The notes beneath the pieces were generated by a model. The model did not search any database, was not told where the DNA came from, and saw only the letters and a program-made list of their open reading frames with translations. A DNA stretch of 64,000 bases from the NCBI RefSeq assembly GCF_964355755.1, contig NC_092676.1, positions 9,277,888 to 9,341,887 of the forward strand, read 5' to 3'. This DNA comes from Antedon mediterranea (Eukaryota > Animalia > Echinodermata). Below, piece after piece: positions 37,750-51,509 of this stretch (positions are counted from its first letter, which is position 1; every line of letters starts with the position of its first letter). Position numbers and translations under genes: made by a program.

Positions 37750-40270
37750 GGTTATTTGATAGTGAAAATAGAACAAGATGATGTAAAAGTTACAGATTCA
37801 GACGATAACCATCGTAGCAGACTGTTGTATGACGTCAGTCGAATACAATAAATCACAATAGTGTCTGTATTAGGAACATCAACATAAAGTAGATCTTATA
37901 GGCTTCAACTAAAGTATGTCGAGGAGTTTCTGCGTGAGGTAGCGCTTTTAGCGTTACATTTATATATTGGCAATGGACAATGCTGTAATACCAAAGGACA
38001 TGATACATCTGAATGCCTTTTTACCTAATGTTGTTCCACTACTGTCTTTAGATGTTCTCCAGCCATTGTTACAAGATAACCTACAGGTAAGCATGTGGTA
38101 CATATAGGGACTATACTATACCATTTATAAGTCGTGGTAGAAGACTTAGTACCCACTCCATAACTAAAATTTACTCTTTAAGAACATGTTTGTATTCCCA
38201 TATTTGAAAAATTCCATTTCTTCTTGTCATTTGTTAAATGCAATCAATAGATTTCAATTGAAGTTTGTCCTAACACAATTCTAATTTTAAAGAATATATG
38301 AACGTACGTACAATTTTAAGCGACATTTACTAATACTACATAACCTATTGTATGGAGCACAAAAACAAAATGGAGATATCTGCACAAAGACCTCTGTAGT
38401 ATTATGAGGTTAATTAAGAAAATATAAATATTACAAAATGATGGTACTAAAACAGTTTATCAGTTTATCCATATTCATTCGTTGTTTTTAGGTTAAACTT
38501 GGAAAGGGTGCATTTGGTGAAGTATTGTTCAATCGTCTTGGTGGAGAAAATGGTGAACTTGTCGCTGTGAAAAGGTGCTTATTAGCTGACAATGACAAGA
38601 TACCAATAAGCTTCAAGTAAGCATTGAAGCAAGAACTCAGATGATGTTGTCTGCTGAGATATGCGACGTGTTCCCGCGTGTTTATGGTACCTGCACATAC
38701 GGCACGAGGGATGGGATCATAATGAAATTTATTGGGGATTGATCAACATTCGAAACTGTAACGTTATACGATGTTATTACCAAGAACATGGTTTATCTAT
38801 CTTTAACTGATGGATTTCACTGCGCACTAGATATTGTAATTGGAATCAAATCAAATCTATGCAGACATTTGGTTTGATTCACAACGATCTAGCAAGCAGA
38901 AATATACTTCTACATAAAGTCGATCACCACTGGGCAGCAAAGATTACGGACTTTGTCTGTGTGTGTTCATCGGCCGTTCCTTACGACGTACAATTGAATG
39001 ACACACCAGTAGACGAAAGAATGGGGCGGATTATCAAATACCGCGAATACGCGCCGGAACGATTTTATCCGGAGTCGCATTTGCGTCAGATATTTACAGC
39101 CTAGGAATCACGATTGTCAACATTGCTGATCATGTCAACTCCAACTTTCTACGCGTATCCGGATATTCACCCCCTGGACATTTACCTCCGGAAAACTACC
39201 CCTCGGACAACCACAACCTGGACAACTACCCCCTTAGGACAACTACCCCTTTAGGACAACTAACCCCCGGACAAATACCCCAGGACAACTACCCCCTTAG
39301 GACAACAACCCCTTAGGACAACTACCCCCTGGACAACTACCCTCCGGACAATTACCTCCTAGGAACAATTATCCCCCGGACAATTACCCCCCCCCCCCGG
39401 GTAATTACCCCGCGGACAACTACCTCTGACACAATACTCTCCGTAGGACAACTACCTCCTGAACCTGGACAATACTCCGAGGGCAAATAATCTTTTAGGA
39501 CAACTACCTCCGTAGGACAACTAACTACTGGACAACTAACCCCTGGACAACTATCCCCCGGACAATTACCCCCTATGAACAATTACCCCCTGACAATTTC
39601 CCCCGGACAATTACCCCCCCCCCACCCCGGGTAATTACCCCGCGGACAACTACCTCCTGGACCTGGACAATACTCCGAGGGCAAATAATTTTTTAGGACA
39701 ACTACCTCCGTAGGACAACTAACCCCTGGAAAACACCCACCCAGACAACTATCCCTTTAGAACAACTACTCCCCGGACGGACAACTACCACCCAGACGGA
39801 CAACTACCACCCAGACCATTCAACAACTTGACTCTGCATCAGTGTATAATAGGAATTAATAACTATATTTTAATTCGTTACTTTGACGAATTACTATTCA
39901 TTATTGTAAACAAAAGTAAAAGATTGAGTCCTAAGGGAGGGGGTAGTTGTCCGGGGGGTAGTTGACCGGGGGGTAGTTACCCGGGGGTAGTTGTCCTAAG
40001 GGGGTAGTTGTTCGGGGGGTTGTTATCCTAAAGGGGTAGTTGTCCTAAGGGGGTAGTTGTTCGGGGAGTAGTTGTCCTAAGGGGGTAGTTGTCCGGGTGG
40101 TAAATATCCGGGGGGTAACTGTCTAGGGGGTAAGTGTCCTAGAACCCTTTCTACAATGTGTTGGTAAATTATGCTCGAGTACGGATCCGAAAGAATTGAG
40201 TATATAAAAGCGAGGTTGTTATCAGGAATCAAATATATTCGATAAAATACAGTACATGATAGAGTTGAAG
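37750..40270 (+). pseudogene. Protein kinase pseudogene (tyrosine-kinase-like catalytic loop), split by a MITE
   Basis: An exon ending at 38086 (GTAAGC donor) joins 38492 VKLGKGAFGEV...VAVK. HNDLASRNILL, ITDF and YAPE follow. Contains stops and frameshifts. Confidence 0.8.
39153..40146. mobile_element. MITE with GGACAACTACCCC arrays and 8-bp TSD
   Basis: CTTTCTAC is duplicated at 39145-39152 and 40147-40154. The left array of GGACAACTACCCC is inverted relative to the right array of GGGGTAGTTGTCC. Confidence 0.85.
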
Positions 40271-40563
40271 AATTTCATAAATATAACTTACCAAAAATCA
40301 TCATAGTTTTTAAAAGGTTTCTATTGTTTAGATATTGTTAATATCTATAACATCAAATTTGCCTTATAATAACACATGATTCAAATAAACTGCAAAGATT
40401 TTCTATTAATATTCGAAAGCTACTAGACACTGAATAGAAACAATATACCACTTATGTTAACAGGTTTAGTTTTTTTTAAAGCCAGACAATTGGTCAAGGA
40501 TCATAACTATACGTCTGCGTGACGAAGAGATTAGTTATTTATCAGATATCACAAGCGACGAGT

Positions 40564-41824
40564 GGGGTTGGTGAGCACCATGCCAAAATACGCAAAAAAA
40601 AATTGCCAAAATACGCAAATTGAGGGCGCTATGCTCTGCCTAAATACAGAGCCATAATTATATAGAGAGAGTTTCGACATTGAATGGATAGGATCAGAAG
40701 CCGTGTTTGTGTCCAACTATTCCTATGTAGCGTATGGAGTTGAGTCTTTTGTTTTGAAAATGTATAACGTTCAAATAATAAAAAAATTATAAAGTTACTG
40801 CAAACATGATTTTAAATAACAAAAATAGCAATTTCGCAACGGCTCTGGTTGTGCGCTCCATGCACGCTCTACGGGTGCGCGTTTAGTTTGTACAGCGATT
40901 CTCTATAGTAATGCATTGTTTTTACATTTTGTTGTTTAAAATCATGTTCGCAGTAACTTTATGATTTCGTTATTATCTTAACAAAAACCTTTAAACATAT
41001 TGATTGTTTTGATATTAAATTCGATATTTAAAGCCTTGTGAATGTTATACATTTTTAAGCAAATGACTCGACTCCATACGCTACATAGGCATAGTTGGAC
41101 ACAAACATGACCGGCGTGCACACCACGTGACTTTCTAAAATCCATGAACGCAATGCCGTAACTCTCTCTATATATATGGCTCTGCCTAGCCTAAATACGC
41201 AAATCATGCCAAAACACGCAAATCTGCTTTGCCAAAATACGCAAATCATGCCAAAATACGCAAATTGAGGGGGCGCTATGCTTTGCCAAAATACACAAAT
41301 GATGTCAAAATACGCAAAGTGAGGGCGTTTTATACTTTCTAAAATCCGTGAACGCAATGCCGTAACTCTCTCTATATATATGGCTCTGCCTAGCCTAAAT
41401 ACACAAACCCTTCCAAAAAAAACAAATCTGCTTTGCAAAAATACACAAATCATGCCAAAATACGCAAATCAGAAAGGAGCAAATGGCAAAGCATAGCCAA
41501 AGCAAAACGCCCTCAATTTGCGTATTTTGGCATGATTTGTGTATTTTGGCAAAGCATAGTGCCCCCTAAATTTTCGTATTTTGGCATGATTTGCGTATTT
41601 TGGCAAAGCAGATTTGCGTATTTTGGCAAAGCAGATTTGCATATTTAGGCATGATTTGTGTATTTTGTCAAAGCATAGCGTCCTCAATTTGCGTATTTTG
41701 GCATGATTTGCGTATTTTGGCAAAGCATAGCGCCCTCAATTTGCGTATTTTGGCATGATTTGCGTATTTTGGCAAAGCATAGCGCCCTCAATTTGCGTAT
41801 TTTGGCAAGGTACTCACCAACCCT
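40564..41824. mobile_element. Fold-back TIR element with GCCAAAATACGCAAAT repeats; hosts a nested MITE (40647-41185)
   Basis: GGGTTGGTGAGCACCATGCCAAAATACGC versus GCGTATTTTGGCAAGGTACTCACCAACCC. The internal repeats switch orientation near 41500. Confidence 0.75.
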
Positions 41825-42059
41825 AATGCCAGCGACGGACTATCGGAACTGTTGCTTGTCATTGGTCAATTCGCTTGCCTTGCGTCTCAGTTCGTTGCGT
41901 CAAGGTATTTTATTTTGAATCCGCCCATGGGTTTAAAATCGACGGTTCATGCGCAATTACAATTTGTAAACAAATGGAGTAAGATAGAAAATAACAAAAT
42001 ACAATTAATTATTATTAGGAGTAATTTGTTAAAAAATATTTATAATTATATAAATTTAA

Positions 42060-42928
42060 GGGCATAGAGGAACACCATATAGAACCTCATCTGAACCCCT
42101 TTTTAAACGTCTTGGTATATTAAAATTAACGGATATCCACAATGTTCAAGTTGCCAGTTTTATGTTTAATTATTTTAAAAACCAACTTCCTATTTCTATG
42201 ATTGATATGCTCTGTAAACGTACCAAATTTCACAATTACAATTTAAGAACTTCTCATTTAAACATTCCTTTTGCTAGACTTACAAAAACTAAATTTTTTA
42301 TAACTATATCAGGTCCTAATTTGTGGAATCATATCCCACCAAATATCAAAACGTCAATATCATTATTTACTTTCCGAAAAAAGTTAAAGAATCATTATAT
42401 ATCTAAATATTATACTGCTTAGTTAATATGCTTATTATCATTATTTATACTCACTATTTATGTCTTACACAAAATATTAGTTGTTGTTTATTATTGCAAT
42501 CTTTAATCTATACTATATATAATGTATATATAGTATATACTATATATATACTGGAATTATAATTTATGTATACATATTTTTTTTTCATTTACCAATATCG
42601 GTAGTTATTTCATTTATAATTATCATGAAACTATTGAAATATAATTTAAATAATTTGTATAAAGAAGAGGTTAGTTATGTTATTATACTGTAATTTTTTA
42701 TCCTAAATTATATAATTATATATTCTAGGTTATTTTTATTTTTTTAGTAATGTGTTTTGTTATGGGTCCCTACGAGACAAGTTTTTAACTTCTAGAAGGG
42801 ATCCATGATAATAATGACTACCAATTACTGCTTTATCTATGTTCACTTTAATATCTTTTTTCTATTTTGTATATATTCATTCATTATTATCTAAATAAAT
42901 ATTATCTGAATCTGAATCTGAATCTGAA
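42060..42928 (+). mobile_element. LINE 3' fragment (L2/Crack-like) with (ATCTGA)n tail
   Basis: SEPLFKRLGILKLTDIH...HNYNLR...GPNLWNHIP, followed by AATAAA and ATCTGA repeats at about 42895-42927. Confidence 0.7.
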
Positions 42929-43282
42929 AACAAAAATAATAATTGTTTAAACGTATAAGATGAGGAATAAAGCCACCCAACAAGATTTGAATCCAGATTC
43001 TTTTGCTTAATATGGAGACATTTTATGGTATGGTTCAATTTATTTGGATGGCTCAAGTAGGCCTACTCCAACCTTGTTGAATTGAATAATTCAGGAAACT
43101 AATAATAATAGTCCTATACGGATATAGTAATCGTTGTTAAGGCGTGAATATAAAATTTATAATAGTTTCCGCTTTATATTTACGACGCACCAAAACACGT
43201 ACCTATATCCAAGAGCGACTTCTTTTGTTCTTGAACCTTACCTTTTGTCTATGTTTCTCCATATTTCACTTATATATATATA

Positions 43283-43445
43283 TCTAATGATTAGGACTTC
43301 TGCATGTCAAGAAAGCGGTTCGAGTTCGAGTCTCGGTTGGGGCGCCTTTTTCTCATTCTCACAGATTTCCTCATCTTTATCGTCGTTTCAAATTAATTAA
43401 TTAAATATCAGTATATATCACCGGGCAGTTTAGAATTAATGTTCT
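43283..43445 (+). mobile_element. tRNA-derived SINE-like repeat, copy 1 (5'-truncated)
   Basis: Similar to 43641-43806; contains B-box GAGTTCGAGTCT and GTC at the anticodon-like position. Confidence 0.6.
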
Positions 43446-43640
43446 TTGCTTGATTTGTTTATATGTATAAAAGTATCTCTTCGGAGATCCCGCCTCGTGA
43501 ATAAAAATAGTAAAAGATGAGGGCGTATCAATTTGATCTCTGGTGCGCGTGCGTACAACTGAGGACTAGTGCTGTTCCGCCGTACCACGCCGAGAATGTT
43601 AAAGAGTCGCTATCCAATCGAGTTTGATCAATACCATGAA

Positions 43641-43806
43641 AGCCCCAGTGGTCTAATGGCTAGGACATCTGCATATCAAGCAGGCGGTCCGAGTCCGAGT
43701 CTCGGTTGGGGTGACTTTTTCTCATTCTCACAGATTTCCTCATCTTTATCGGTTCAAATTAATTAATTAAATTTCAGTATATCACCGGGCGGTTTAGAAT
43801 TAATGT
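43641..43806 (+). mobile_element. tRNA(Asp-like)-derived SINE-like repeat, copy 2
   Basis: GCCCCAGTGGTCTAATGGCTAGGAC...GAGTCCGAGTCTCGGTTGGGGT head followed by a shared non-tRNA tail. Confidence 0.6.
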
Positions 43807-43971
43807 TAATAATTGACTACATAAATCATCGTGTCTATTCAATCGTTTCTGTAAACGATGTATTACTGTATAGTCCTGTGGTACAGTTGTTTAGGCTGAA
43901 ATTACTGTACTGTGTATTCGAGAACTAATAATTGTCTTATTACATGTAGAGTGTAAAATACAGAATGAACC

Positions 43972-44593
43972 TGGGGCGGATCCAGAGGGGGGTGGGGAGG
44001 GGTGGGGGGTCCACGGGGTCCGGAACCCCCCCTAAATGTTAAGGGTGCCCTTTTTTTAGAGGTTCAATATTTTATTCGTGTGACATATTTGTGTGTACAG
44101 AGTAGGCTACACTAACCCCAAAAATAAAAACAGAAATTTATCACAATGAGCGCGATGTTAAGTTACGGCGGCCGATCAAAGAGCATCGTGAGAGGTGGTG
44201 ACGCGTGATGATCTCTACTTAAACTTCTAAAAATAGATCGTTTCACATACTACAGAGGGCGCATGTAAACTTTTTACGATTCAACTCCGCGTACGTTACC
44301 ATGCGCGATATGTCATTGACGCGATTATTTGTCCATTGGTAAACACATTTTTATGTATTATTATTCTGAAAATAATTGAACTGTAAACATAATTCTTTTG
44401 AGTATTTGTTTATTTACATATCTTTCCATCAGATCAACTATTTTTTATTTCCATTAAATCCAACCAAACATGTAAAAAATGTAGTTAAAATATCGTACTA
44501 TCTAGCGCGTACGACCATACGGGGGGGGGGGGGGCTGTGGCTCAAATACTCAATACCTGATGTGCCCTTTTTATCGGCGGACCCCCCCTCTAA
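43972..44593. mobile_element. hAT-like MITE
   Basis: GGGGCGGATCCAGA ... TCTGGATCCGCTCC inverted termini. TSD not clear. Confidence 0.55.
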
Positions 44594-44844
44594 AAAATGT
44601 CTGGATCCGCTCCTTTCAAAGGAGTCGAACAACAAGGAAAACATGTAAAATATGGAATAACGTAGGCCTACCCACTGAAATTAAACATTCTCCAACAATT
44701 CCTTCATTTAAAGGTTTATATCGATCTCATTTCTTTTCACAAAACTAAAACCTTTTCCCACAATTTATTTTGTATTTAAGACAGTACCTCAATGTAAAAT
44801 AGGTTTATCTTTTACCTGATTGTGTAATCCTCGATAAATATGGC

Positions 44845-45650
44845 GAAAACTCAAGATATCTGAGTTTTCTAGATCTAAACAACTCAAATACCTGACTTTT
44901 CTAGATCTAGAAAACTCAGATGTCAATATCTCTAGAATGGATCTAGAAAAATCAGATCATCATAGTATGATTGGTTTGTAGGTCATTTGGATCATTCCAA
45001 TATTAATCAGAATGTAGGTGAATTGAAATACTAGAGGGTGTTATTGAAACTGATTACTGTGTACGTTTTCTTACTAATATTGTAACATGTACTTAGCGGC
45101 CTACGGCTTAAATCATAAAAAAAAAATACAGTGCACGTTACCGTTAAAATGTAGGCTTAAAATTAGGTATGTACGAGTTGGTGTGGGTACGAGTTATTTG
45201 AGGAACGAGTTAGCCAAGTTGGGAATAGGTACAAGTTATTTTGGGTACGATTTGACCACTTCTAGCCTAGTACCCGGGCCAGGCCTACTCTGCGCGATAC
45301 ATCGCGATAGCGGCCACACGTTGAGCCTTGAATTGAGTTTGCTTAGCTAGGCTAGGCCTAAATGCTAAGCCTACATTTTAAAAGGTGTATACTGTATTTC
45401 TTTATGATTTAACATAGGCCGCTACTACAAGTTACAAGTTACAATAATTATTATTATTATTAAGAAAACGAATAATACTGTAATATTTCAAACAAGCTAC
45501 CCTCTGATAATAATAGAACGATCCATTTGATGATCTGGGTTTTCTAGTTCCAAAATGAAAACTCAGATCTTGATATCTGAGTTTTCTAGATCTAGAAAAC
45601 TCAGATATATCTGAGATCTGAGTTTTCTAGATCTGAATTTTCTAGACACT
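44845..45650. repeat. Element bounded by palindromic TCTGAGTTTTCTAGATCTAGAAAACTCAGA repeats
   Basis: Clusters of the palindrome at about 44850-44960 and 45540-45650. Confidence 0.6.
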
Positions 45651-46464
45651 CATAATGAACACATGAGTAGAAATAAAATAAAATCCTTTTTCCTATTGTT
45701 TATACCCGGTTTATGCATTACGTTATTTACAGATATTAATCAAGCATAACGGATGTAAATAGCGCCACCAAATTACTCTATTACATAATATGATGTTTTT
45801 CTCGTCAAATTAAATTAAGCTCAATTCCTACATTTTGTTATTCTATTCCTTGAAAACATACTTTGTATTTGGGGGTAAGCCTAGATTGTCCAAGTACAAC
45901 CCAACTTCGACAAGTAAAATAGGTTCTTATTGGTGCTTATAATATGCACAAATATAAAAACCCTTTTATCAATTGAAGTTATCAAATAAATATAAAGTCA
46001 GATATTAGATATATCGTTATGATTTTCGTTTCTACTACATTATATATAAATCCAAAGGCAAATTACTGAAAAAAATGACAATGCTGTGGGTATCAGTGGC
46101 TGGATCTCAATGGAGATACAAAAATAAAAAGCGAAAAGCTAAATCAAAACGATAAAGTAAACAGCCAGAAAAGTTAGCAGAGCTAACATTATATCTATAT
46201 ATAAAAAATTTTTCACAAGAAGTTAAAATTATTGGCCATTCTTCTCGGTATAAGAACATTAACAGTTTTGAATAGCAGCAGAGAAATGTACTTTATTTTA
46301 TGTGGATTATTATAAATAAAAGTGAATATATATAAGTATATAGCTGTACTAAGCAAAATTGTATGTTGCAAGTAAGAAATCCAGAGATTACGACACATTG
46401 TAGTAGCTATTATAATATTGGAAAGTATAGGCCCATTAACGCGTATTATTTTATCATTTAAACA

Positions 46465-46625
46465 GTTAATGTTAAGTTGCGGTATGACGTTGGCTGAATA
46501 TACTGGTATCATTTGGTCACCAAGCTATCCTGATCCATACAAAAAAAATGTCGACTGTGAAGCTGTAATCCAAGCAAAGAACTCACAGGTTGTACAACTT
46601 ACTCTCGAAGAATTTAAAATTTCAA
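46465..46625 (+). pseudogene. Orphan paralogous CUB exon fragment
   Basis: SCGMTLAEYTGIIWSPSYPDPYKKNVDCEAVIQAKNSQVVQLTLEEF is clearly homologous to the exon at 17553-17740, and is truncated. Confidence 0.75.
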
Positions 46626-46886
46626 TAATGGTAAACGACCAAAACATCCAGGCCAGAATGTCCTTCTAAAACCGTTTTACCCGAGTCATTATCATTCCGA
46701 GAACTATCGCCTACACTTCCTAAAAGGGAAGCGAGTTAACCCTCTAGTTCCTTAAGTAGTGGTTAACTGTACTGTTTTAATCATTTTAAGCATATTTATG
46801 CTTTAAAAAAATAAAATAACAAGTCAATCAAATATATATGGTAACAAAATTTGAATTAACATGAAGTTTTTTTTAATAAGATGATC

Positions 46887-46952
46887 AGCCAATCAAAATG
46901 TAATGTGGTTGAAAATAAAAAAAAAATAGTAACTTAAAACCTATATAAAAGG
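46887..46952 (+). promoter_or_regulatory. CCAAT box and TATA box upstream of the ADAMTS-like gene
   Basis: AGCCAATCA at about 46887 and CTATATAAAAGG at about 46942, about 60 nt upstream of the ATG at 47004. Confidence 0.6.
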
Positions 46953-47003
46953 TTATTATACACATATTCGGCACTGGTTTGCAGTATTTACGAAGGCAAC
47001 ATC

Positions 47004-47075
47004 ATGGGCCTGATGCGAGCAACGACGGCTCTTGTTCTTATTGCTACTTTTGTCTTGGTAGTGAATAGTTTTAAG
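47004..47075 (+). CDS. ADAMTS-like metalloprotease exon 1 (signal peptide)
   Basis: MGLMRATTALVLIATFVLVVNSFK followed by GTAAGG; phase 0. Confidence 0.8.
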
Positions 47076-48014
47076 GTAAGGACAATTTGATCCATGCTTT
47101 GCTATATAATCTTAATTATATGATTAATTAATATATTTATTTTTATTAAAAACCAATATTTTAACAACCTTGATAACCTCAAAAAAATATTAGATCCTAA
47201 AAGATGTTTTTTTTTTTAATTCTTATTTTTATTTCTGTCATCATTATGTATTGTTTTGTAAATACCTAAACAGATAGATTCTTTCCATTTTATTGGACGA
47301 ATGTGCGCCACATAAGTGAACTTATTTATTACGTGTATTTCAATGTTTTAAAAGATGATGGTTGCATTTTACATGTGTACTAAATATCCCACCACATTTT
47401 TTTGCCTTTTCTTTGTTGATTAAAAACTCACGTTTAACTCGGAAATAAACATAACCCTTTTCTTAATAAGTTTTACTGAAAACCTACCCTTGCACAACCT
47501 TGCACCACCTTTATTCATTCAATCTTTCATACGTATTATATTCACATTTCATTTTCGTACGTTAAATTTCCGTTTTATATTTCTTTCGTTATTTCCTGAT
47601 GTTTACACTTTTAACCTCTATATACATAGTGTTTGATTATGCATACAAAAAACCATAAAAACTTATCCACACTTCATTTTGTACATGATATAATACATTT
47701 TAAAAATACAGTATATTTGTTTTCAATTTCATTTCGATTGAATGGATCATTATTATTCGGAGATAATTTTATTAATTCCCACCCACTCAGACCCTGCCCT
47801 TTGTGGTACAATGGGCATATCTATTGGCGTTTTATTTGCCAGGGCATACGTACGAGTACAAGGCCTAGGCTAGGACTAGACTTAACCATGTAATTAAAAA
47901 AAAACTAAAAAAACTAGGCAATACTCTACGCCTTAATAATAACTGTGACGATATTATATTTCAACACTAGTTATTTCAGTTTCGAATATACAGAATATAA
48001 CACTGTACGTACCC

Positions 48015-48100
48015 TTTTTAGACGCGTGCAACGCGACTCTACAGTTCACTATCGGTCGGTCGGTTGGTCGGTAAACACTAACTTTTATATGGCTTTGTCG
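48015..48100 (+). repeat. HINE/DINE-like interspersed repeat head with (GGTC)n microsatellite
   Basis: TTTTTAGACGCG...CTCTACAGTTCACTATCGGTCGGTCGG...TAAACACTAACT. Copies at about 49300-49400 and 61145-61240, and inverted at about 36870-36950. Confidence 0.6.
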
Positions 48101-48842
48101 TGATATCACTTTCAGCTAAGTCAATTTCACAGTATGTTCCTTATGTTTTCACGGTGCGCAATCAAAAATTACGCGCTCTCTACGCACGATTTAACGAAAT
48201 CACGTTTGTAATCATATCTTCCCCAGCATGAATCACAATTAAATAAAATTTGGTACTCAGGGCAAAAATGATTATATGGCAATACAATTACGTACGTAGC
48301 GCATGTACACGCGTTTAACATTTTCAAAATTTATTTTCGATGAAATAAGAGTACGTTTCAGGACATTTTAAGCGTTCAAAAGATTTTTGCACGCGCACTG
48401 CACGGTAAATGTTAATATGCACTCTGTTTACCCGATTTCTGTTTTAAAACTTTTCTTTAATATTATCATCATATTTCGTTCACTTTTTAACTCGAAAATA
48501 CGTTATACAAGTGACAGGCTACGCACGTACGTGTAAAGTTAACAAAATGGTGAAAATATGCTAAATTTTAAAATTAATATAGATCAGAATGTACGGGAAC
48601 ACCTATTTTGCATTTCATTTTCTTAAAGTTTATCATATGTATGATTTATTATGAAATTAAGAGAACAAAAGGTGCATATGAAATTTATAAAAAATAATTT
48701 CGACAAACAAATTATGACATTAACTTTCTTCCTTAAAATGTTCATATATTAAATTTAATAGTATAATTTATAGTTTGACAGTGCATAATTTATTTATATT
48801 TTTAAAGATTTCATCATAGTAAAAAGTTATAATTCATTGCGG

Positions 48843-49085
48843 TAAGGTAAAGGTGAGTCCCGTGTTCTCTGAACGTAGGGGAATGAGCTGTTAGGAGCTC
48901 ATTGTACTAAGCCTCGGCATTATGTGGTAGGGTGGCCAGTTCCTTTCCACGCCGCCTTTTTTCTCCCTAGTATTTTCAACCAGGTACTCATTTACAGCTG
49001 AGTGGACTGAGAGTTGTCGGGAATTGAACCCGGGTCTATCTGTATGACAGTCAAGTGTCCTAACCACTCGGCTATCCAACTCCAT
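48843..49085 (-). mobile_element. tRNA-derived SINE in intron 1
   Basis: Minus strand: TAGCCGAGTGGTTAGG A-box, GGGTTCAATTCCC B-box, central CTCAGCTGTAAATGAGTACC, and a (TTACC)n-like tail. Confidence 0.75.
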
Positions 49086-50234
49086 TGCGGTATGTAATAA
49101 TATATCTACACCAAAGTGGTTACTGCATAGTAAATACACTTTTAGTCAGTTGTGTATGGCTCGGTGGTACCGAGATCGAGTCTCACCTTGGGAAACTAAA
49201 CGAAATAAGAAGCTTAGAGACATAACAGCTTCCTCCATATGTGTGCTGTTTCCAGGATGACCGACATCTGAGCTCTTCACTTTTCATGCCATTTTTTGTT
49301 GCACTCTACACCTCACAATGTCGGTCGGTTGGTCGGTCGGTCGGTCGGTAAACACTAACTTGAGCACGCAACTGCAGCCATCTACATGGCCTTGTTTTAA
49401 ACCAAATGACGCACGTTTGATTATTGGTAGATTCGAAATATTTACATACCACCCGCACCATATAGCCAAATATGATATAATAACCTACGTCATTCTTATC
49501 GGATGTTTCCGGTCTGCAAAGCAATTTATATACGTGTATCACAAGTCTGTATTATTAGACAAAATCAAAGTAAAACAATAAATAAAAAAGATAATATATA
49601 CACACTTTGGACAAGTCTAACGAGCTTTAAGTATATTTTATAAGCAATTAATTTACATATTTGAGTGCATTAATATTCTTAAAGTTATATTCTATTGGAT
49701 ACAAGTTACAGTAATTGGATACATTTCCATTTCCCCTGGGTCCGGGCTTAGTTACCGTTTTCCCAGTCATAGAGCTAATGTCATGTTGTTTATTTTAGGA
49801 ATGATAGCTTTTGGTATGTCTGTGACACTTTTGATAACATAAGTGTTTTAATTACAGTATTTCTATTTTTCAAAGAACGAAAAATTTCTTTTATCCTAGG
49901 TGTTTTCTTCTCTAGATTCTCAATTTGTTCATACCATTTTTTAGCATTATAACCATTCTTATCATAACCAATATAAATACCAATAATCTTAACAGGGTCT
50001 TGGTTGAATGTTATGTTGCACGGGTTACTCGTTTTTGTCTTTTATCACAACCTATCCACATTTCATTTGTCTTGACTTATTTAGCTTCAGACCTGACATT
50101 TTACAATTTATTATTTTTTTAAATTTTTTATTCTCATTTTACGCTTTCTCCTGGGTAATATATTGGTCCATCTTCATATAGTGATGCTCTGCTGTTTTAT
50201 TAATACCTAGGTCTATCGCTAATTTACTTTACAG

Positions 50235-50295
50235 ATTGAGGATCTAACCAAAGATGAACTATTTCACTATTTTGGAACAATGGAACATTCTCAAG
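50235..50295 (+). CDS. ADAMTS-like exon 2 (prodomain)
   Basis: IEDLTKDELFHYFGTMEHSQ; AG/GT bounded, phase 0 to 1. Confidence 0.8.
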
Positions 50296-50494
50296 GTACT
50301 GCTGTTATTCTTTTGTATCAAATACTCTTGAATGTGTTGATAGGCCTACATTTGATCTTTTCTTGTATTGTCTGGAGTTGAAGAGACACGCCCTTTGGCA
50401 ATAGTTGTCTTTAACGACTCTTGTCTCTCCTCAGTCTAATAAATAAATAAATAATAATTCTTTTACCAGTTATTATTACCACTTATTTCCTAAG

Positions 50495-50626
50495 TTTCTG
50501 GATATGACATTACATCTGTAACTCGACGTGATACGGGAATCAACAAACGATCAGTTGAAGCCACCGCTACTTATTCTTTCAACGCACTCGGAGAAAAGTT
50601 CCATCTCAATTTACATTTGAATTTAA
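50495..50626 (+). CDS. ADAMTS-like exon 3 (prodomain)
   Basis: VSGYDITSV...NKRS...YSFNALGEKFHLNLHLN, a reprolysin propeptide motif; phase 1 to 1. Confidence 0.87.
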
Positions 50627-50924
50627 GTAAGTAAGGGAAGAGTACTGGTATGATTTTACTGTAATTATTTTCACAAGTATACTCTGTTACCTTTTAACAA
50701 TTACTATTAAAAATTATTATGCTGCTGCTAATCATACAATTAGAGGTAGTTAATTCTAATAATCGTTGATGTCCGAAACATCCTAGTTATAGGCGATAGC
50801 AACACAGTTAACCGCAACCAGACAAAAATATAATCGAGTCTACAAATGTTTAATGTGGTGATTAAATAAACATTGACTTTCAAAGTTTCCTTTTTAATGC
50901 AATACAATGTTTTAATTTTTTCAG

Positions 50925-51070
50925 ATTTATTTTCGAGCGACTTTGTAATTGAGATAATTGGCGCCAATGGAAGCACACTACAAAAACCTAAAAACGCAGA
51001 CTGTTACTATGTTGGATCGTCTGCAAACCATAATGATTCACTTGCTGCCGTCAGCACATGTAATGGATTG
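50925..51070 (+). CDS. ADAMTS-like exon 4 (prodomain)
   Basis: LFSSDFVIE...DCYYVG...SLAAVSTCNGL; phase 1 to 0. Confidence 0.9.
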
Positions 51071-51509
51071 GTACGTTAATAAATGGCTACTGAAATGAAT
51101 AAATTATTTATAATAGTTGAGTATAGTTCAGAATAAATAATGTTACCTATTAAAATATCATTATACAAATATATACCTACAATCTTACTGTTGTATAAAG
51201 GTACAGTATAATAGTAGCATGGTATATTATTTCAATATTCAAGTGCAACAACTAATTAACTATAAAAAACGTAATTAAAGCTTAGATCGTCGTTTAAACG
51301 TTGTATTTGACAAATACGTTTTTTTGTATATACCACAAATTACAGGGAGAAATGAAACGGATCCCAAAGATACTGCGTATATGCCATCGTAGCGGTGCAG
51401 CATCAATAAATGTTGTTTTTGTTATTACAGTATTTACTATTATTACTGATGACTGATGAATTAACAAGCAGCATTCAACTTAACAAGTAAGTTTTATTGT
51501 CTGCTTTAG

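Noticed and set aside
43641-43712. Functional tRNA gene
   Set aside because: Mutated T-loop and stems, and a non-tRNA tail shared with a second nearby copy; better explained as a SINE.
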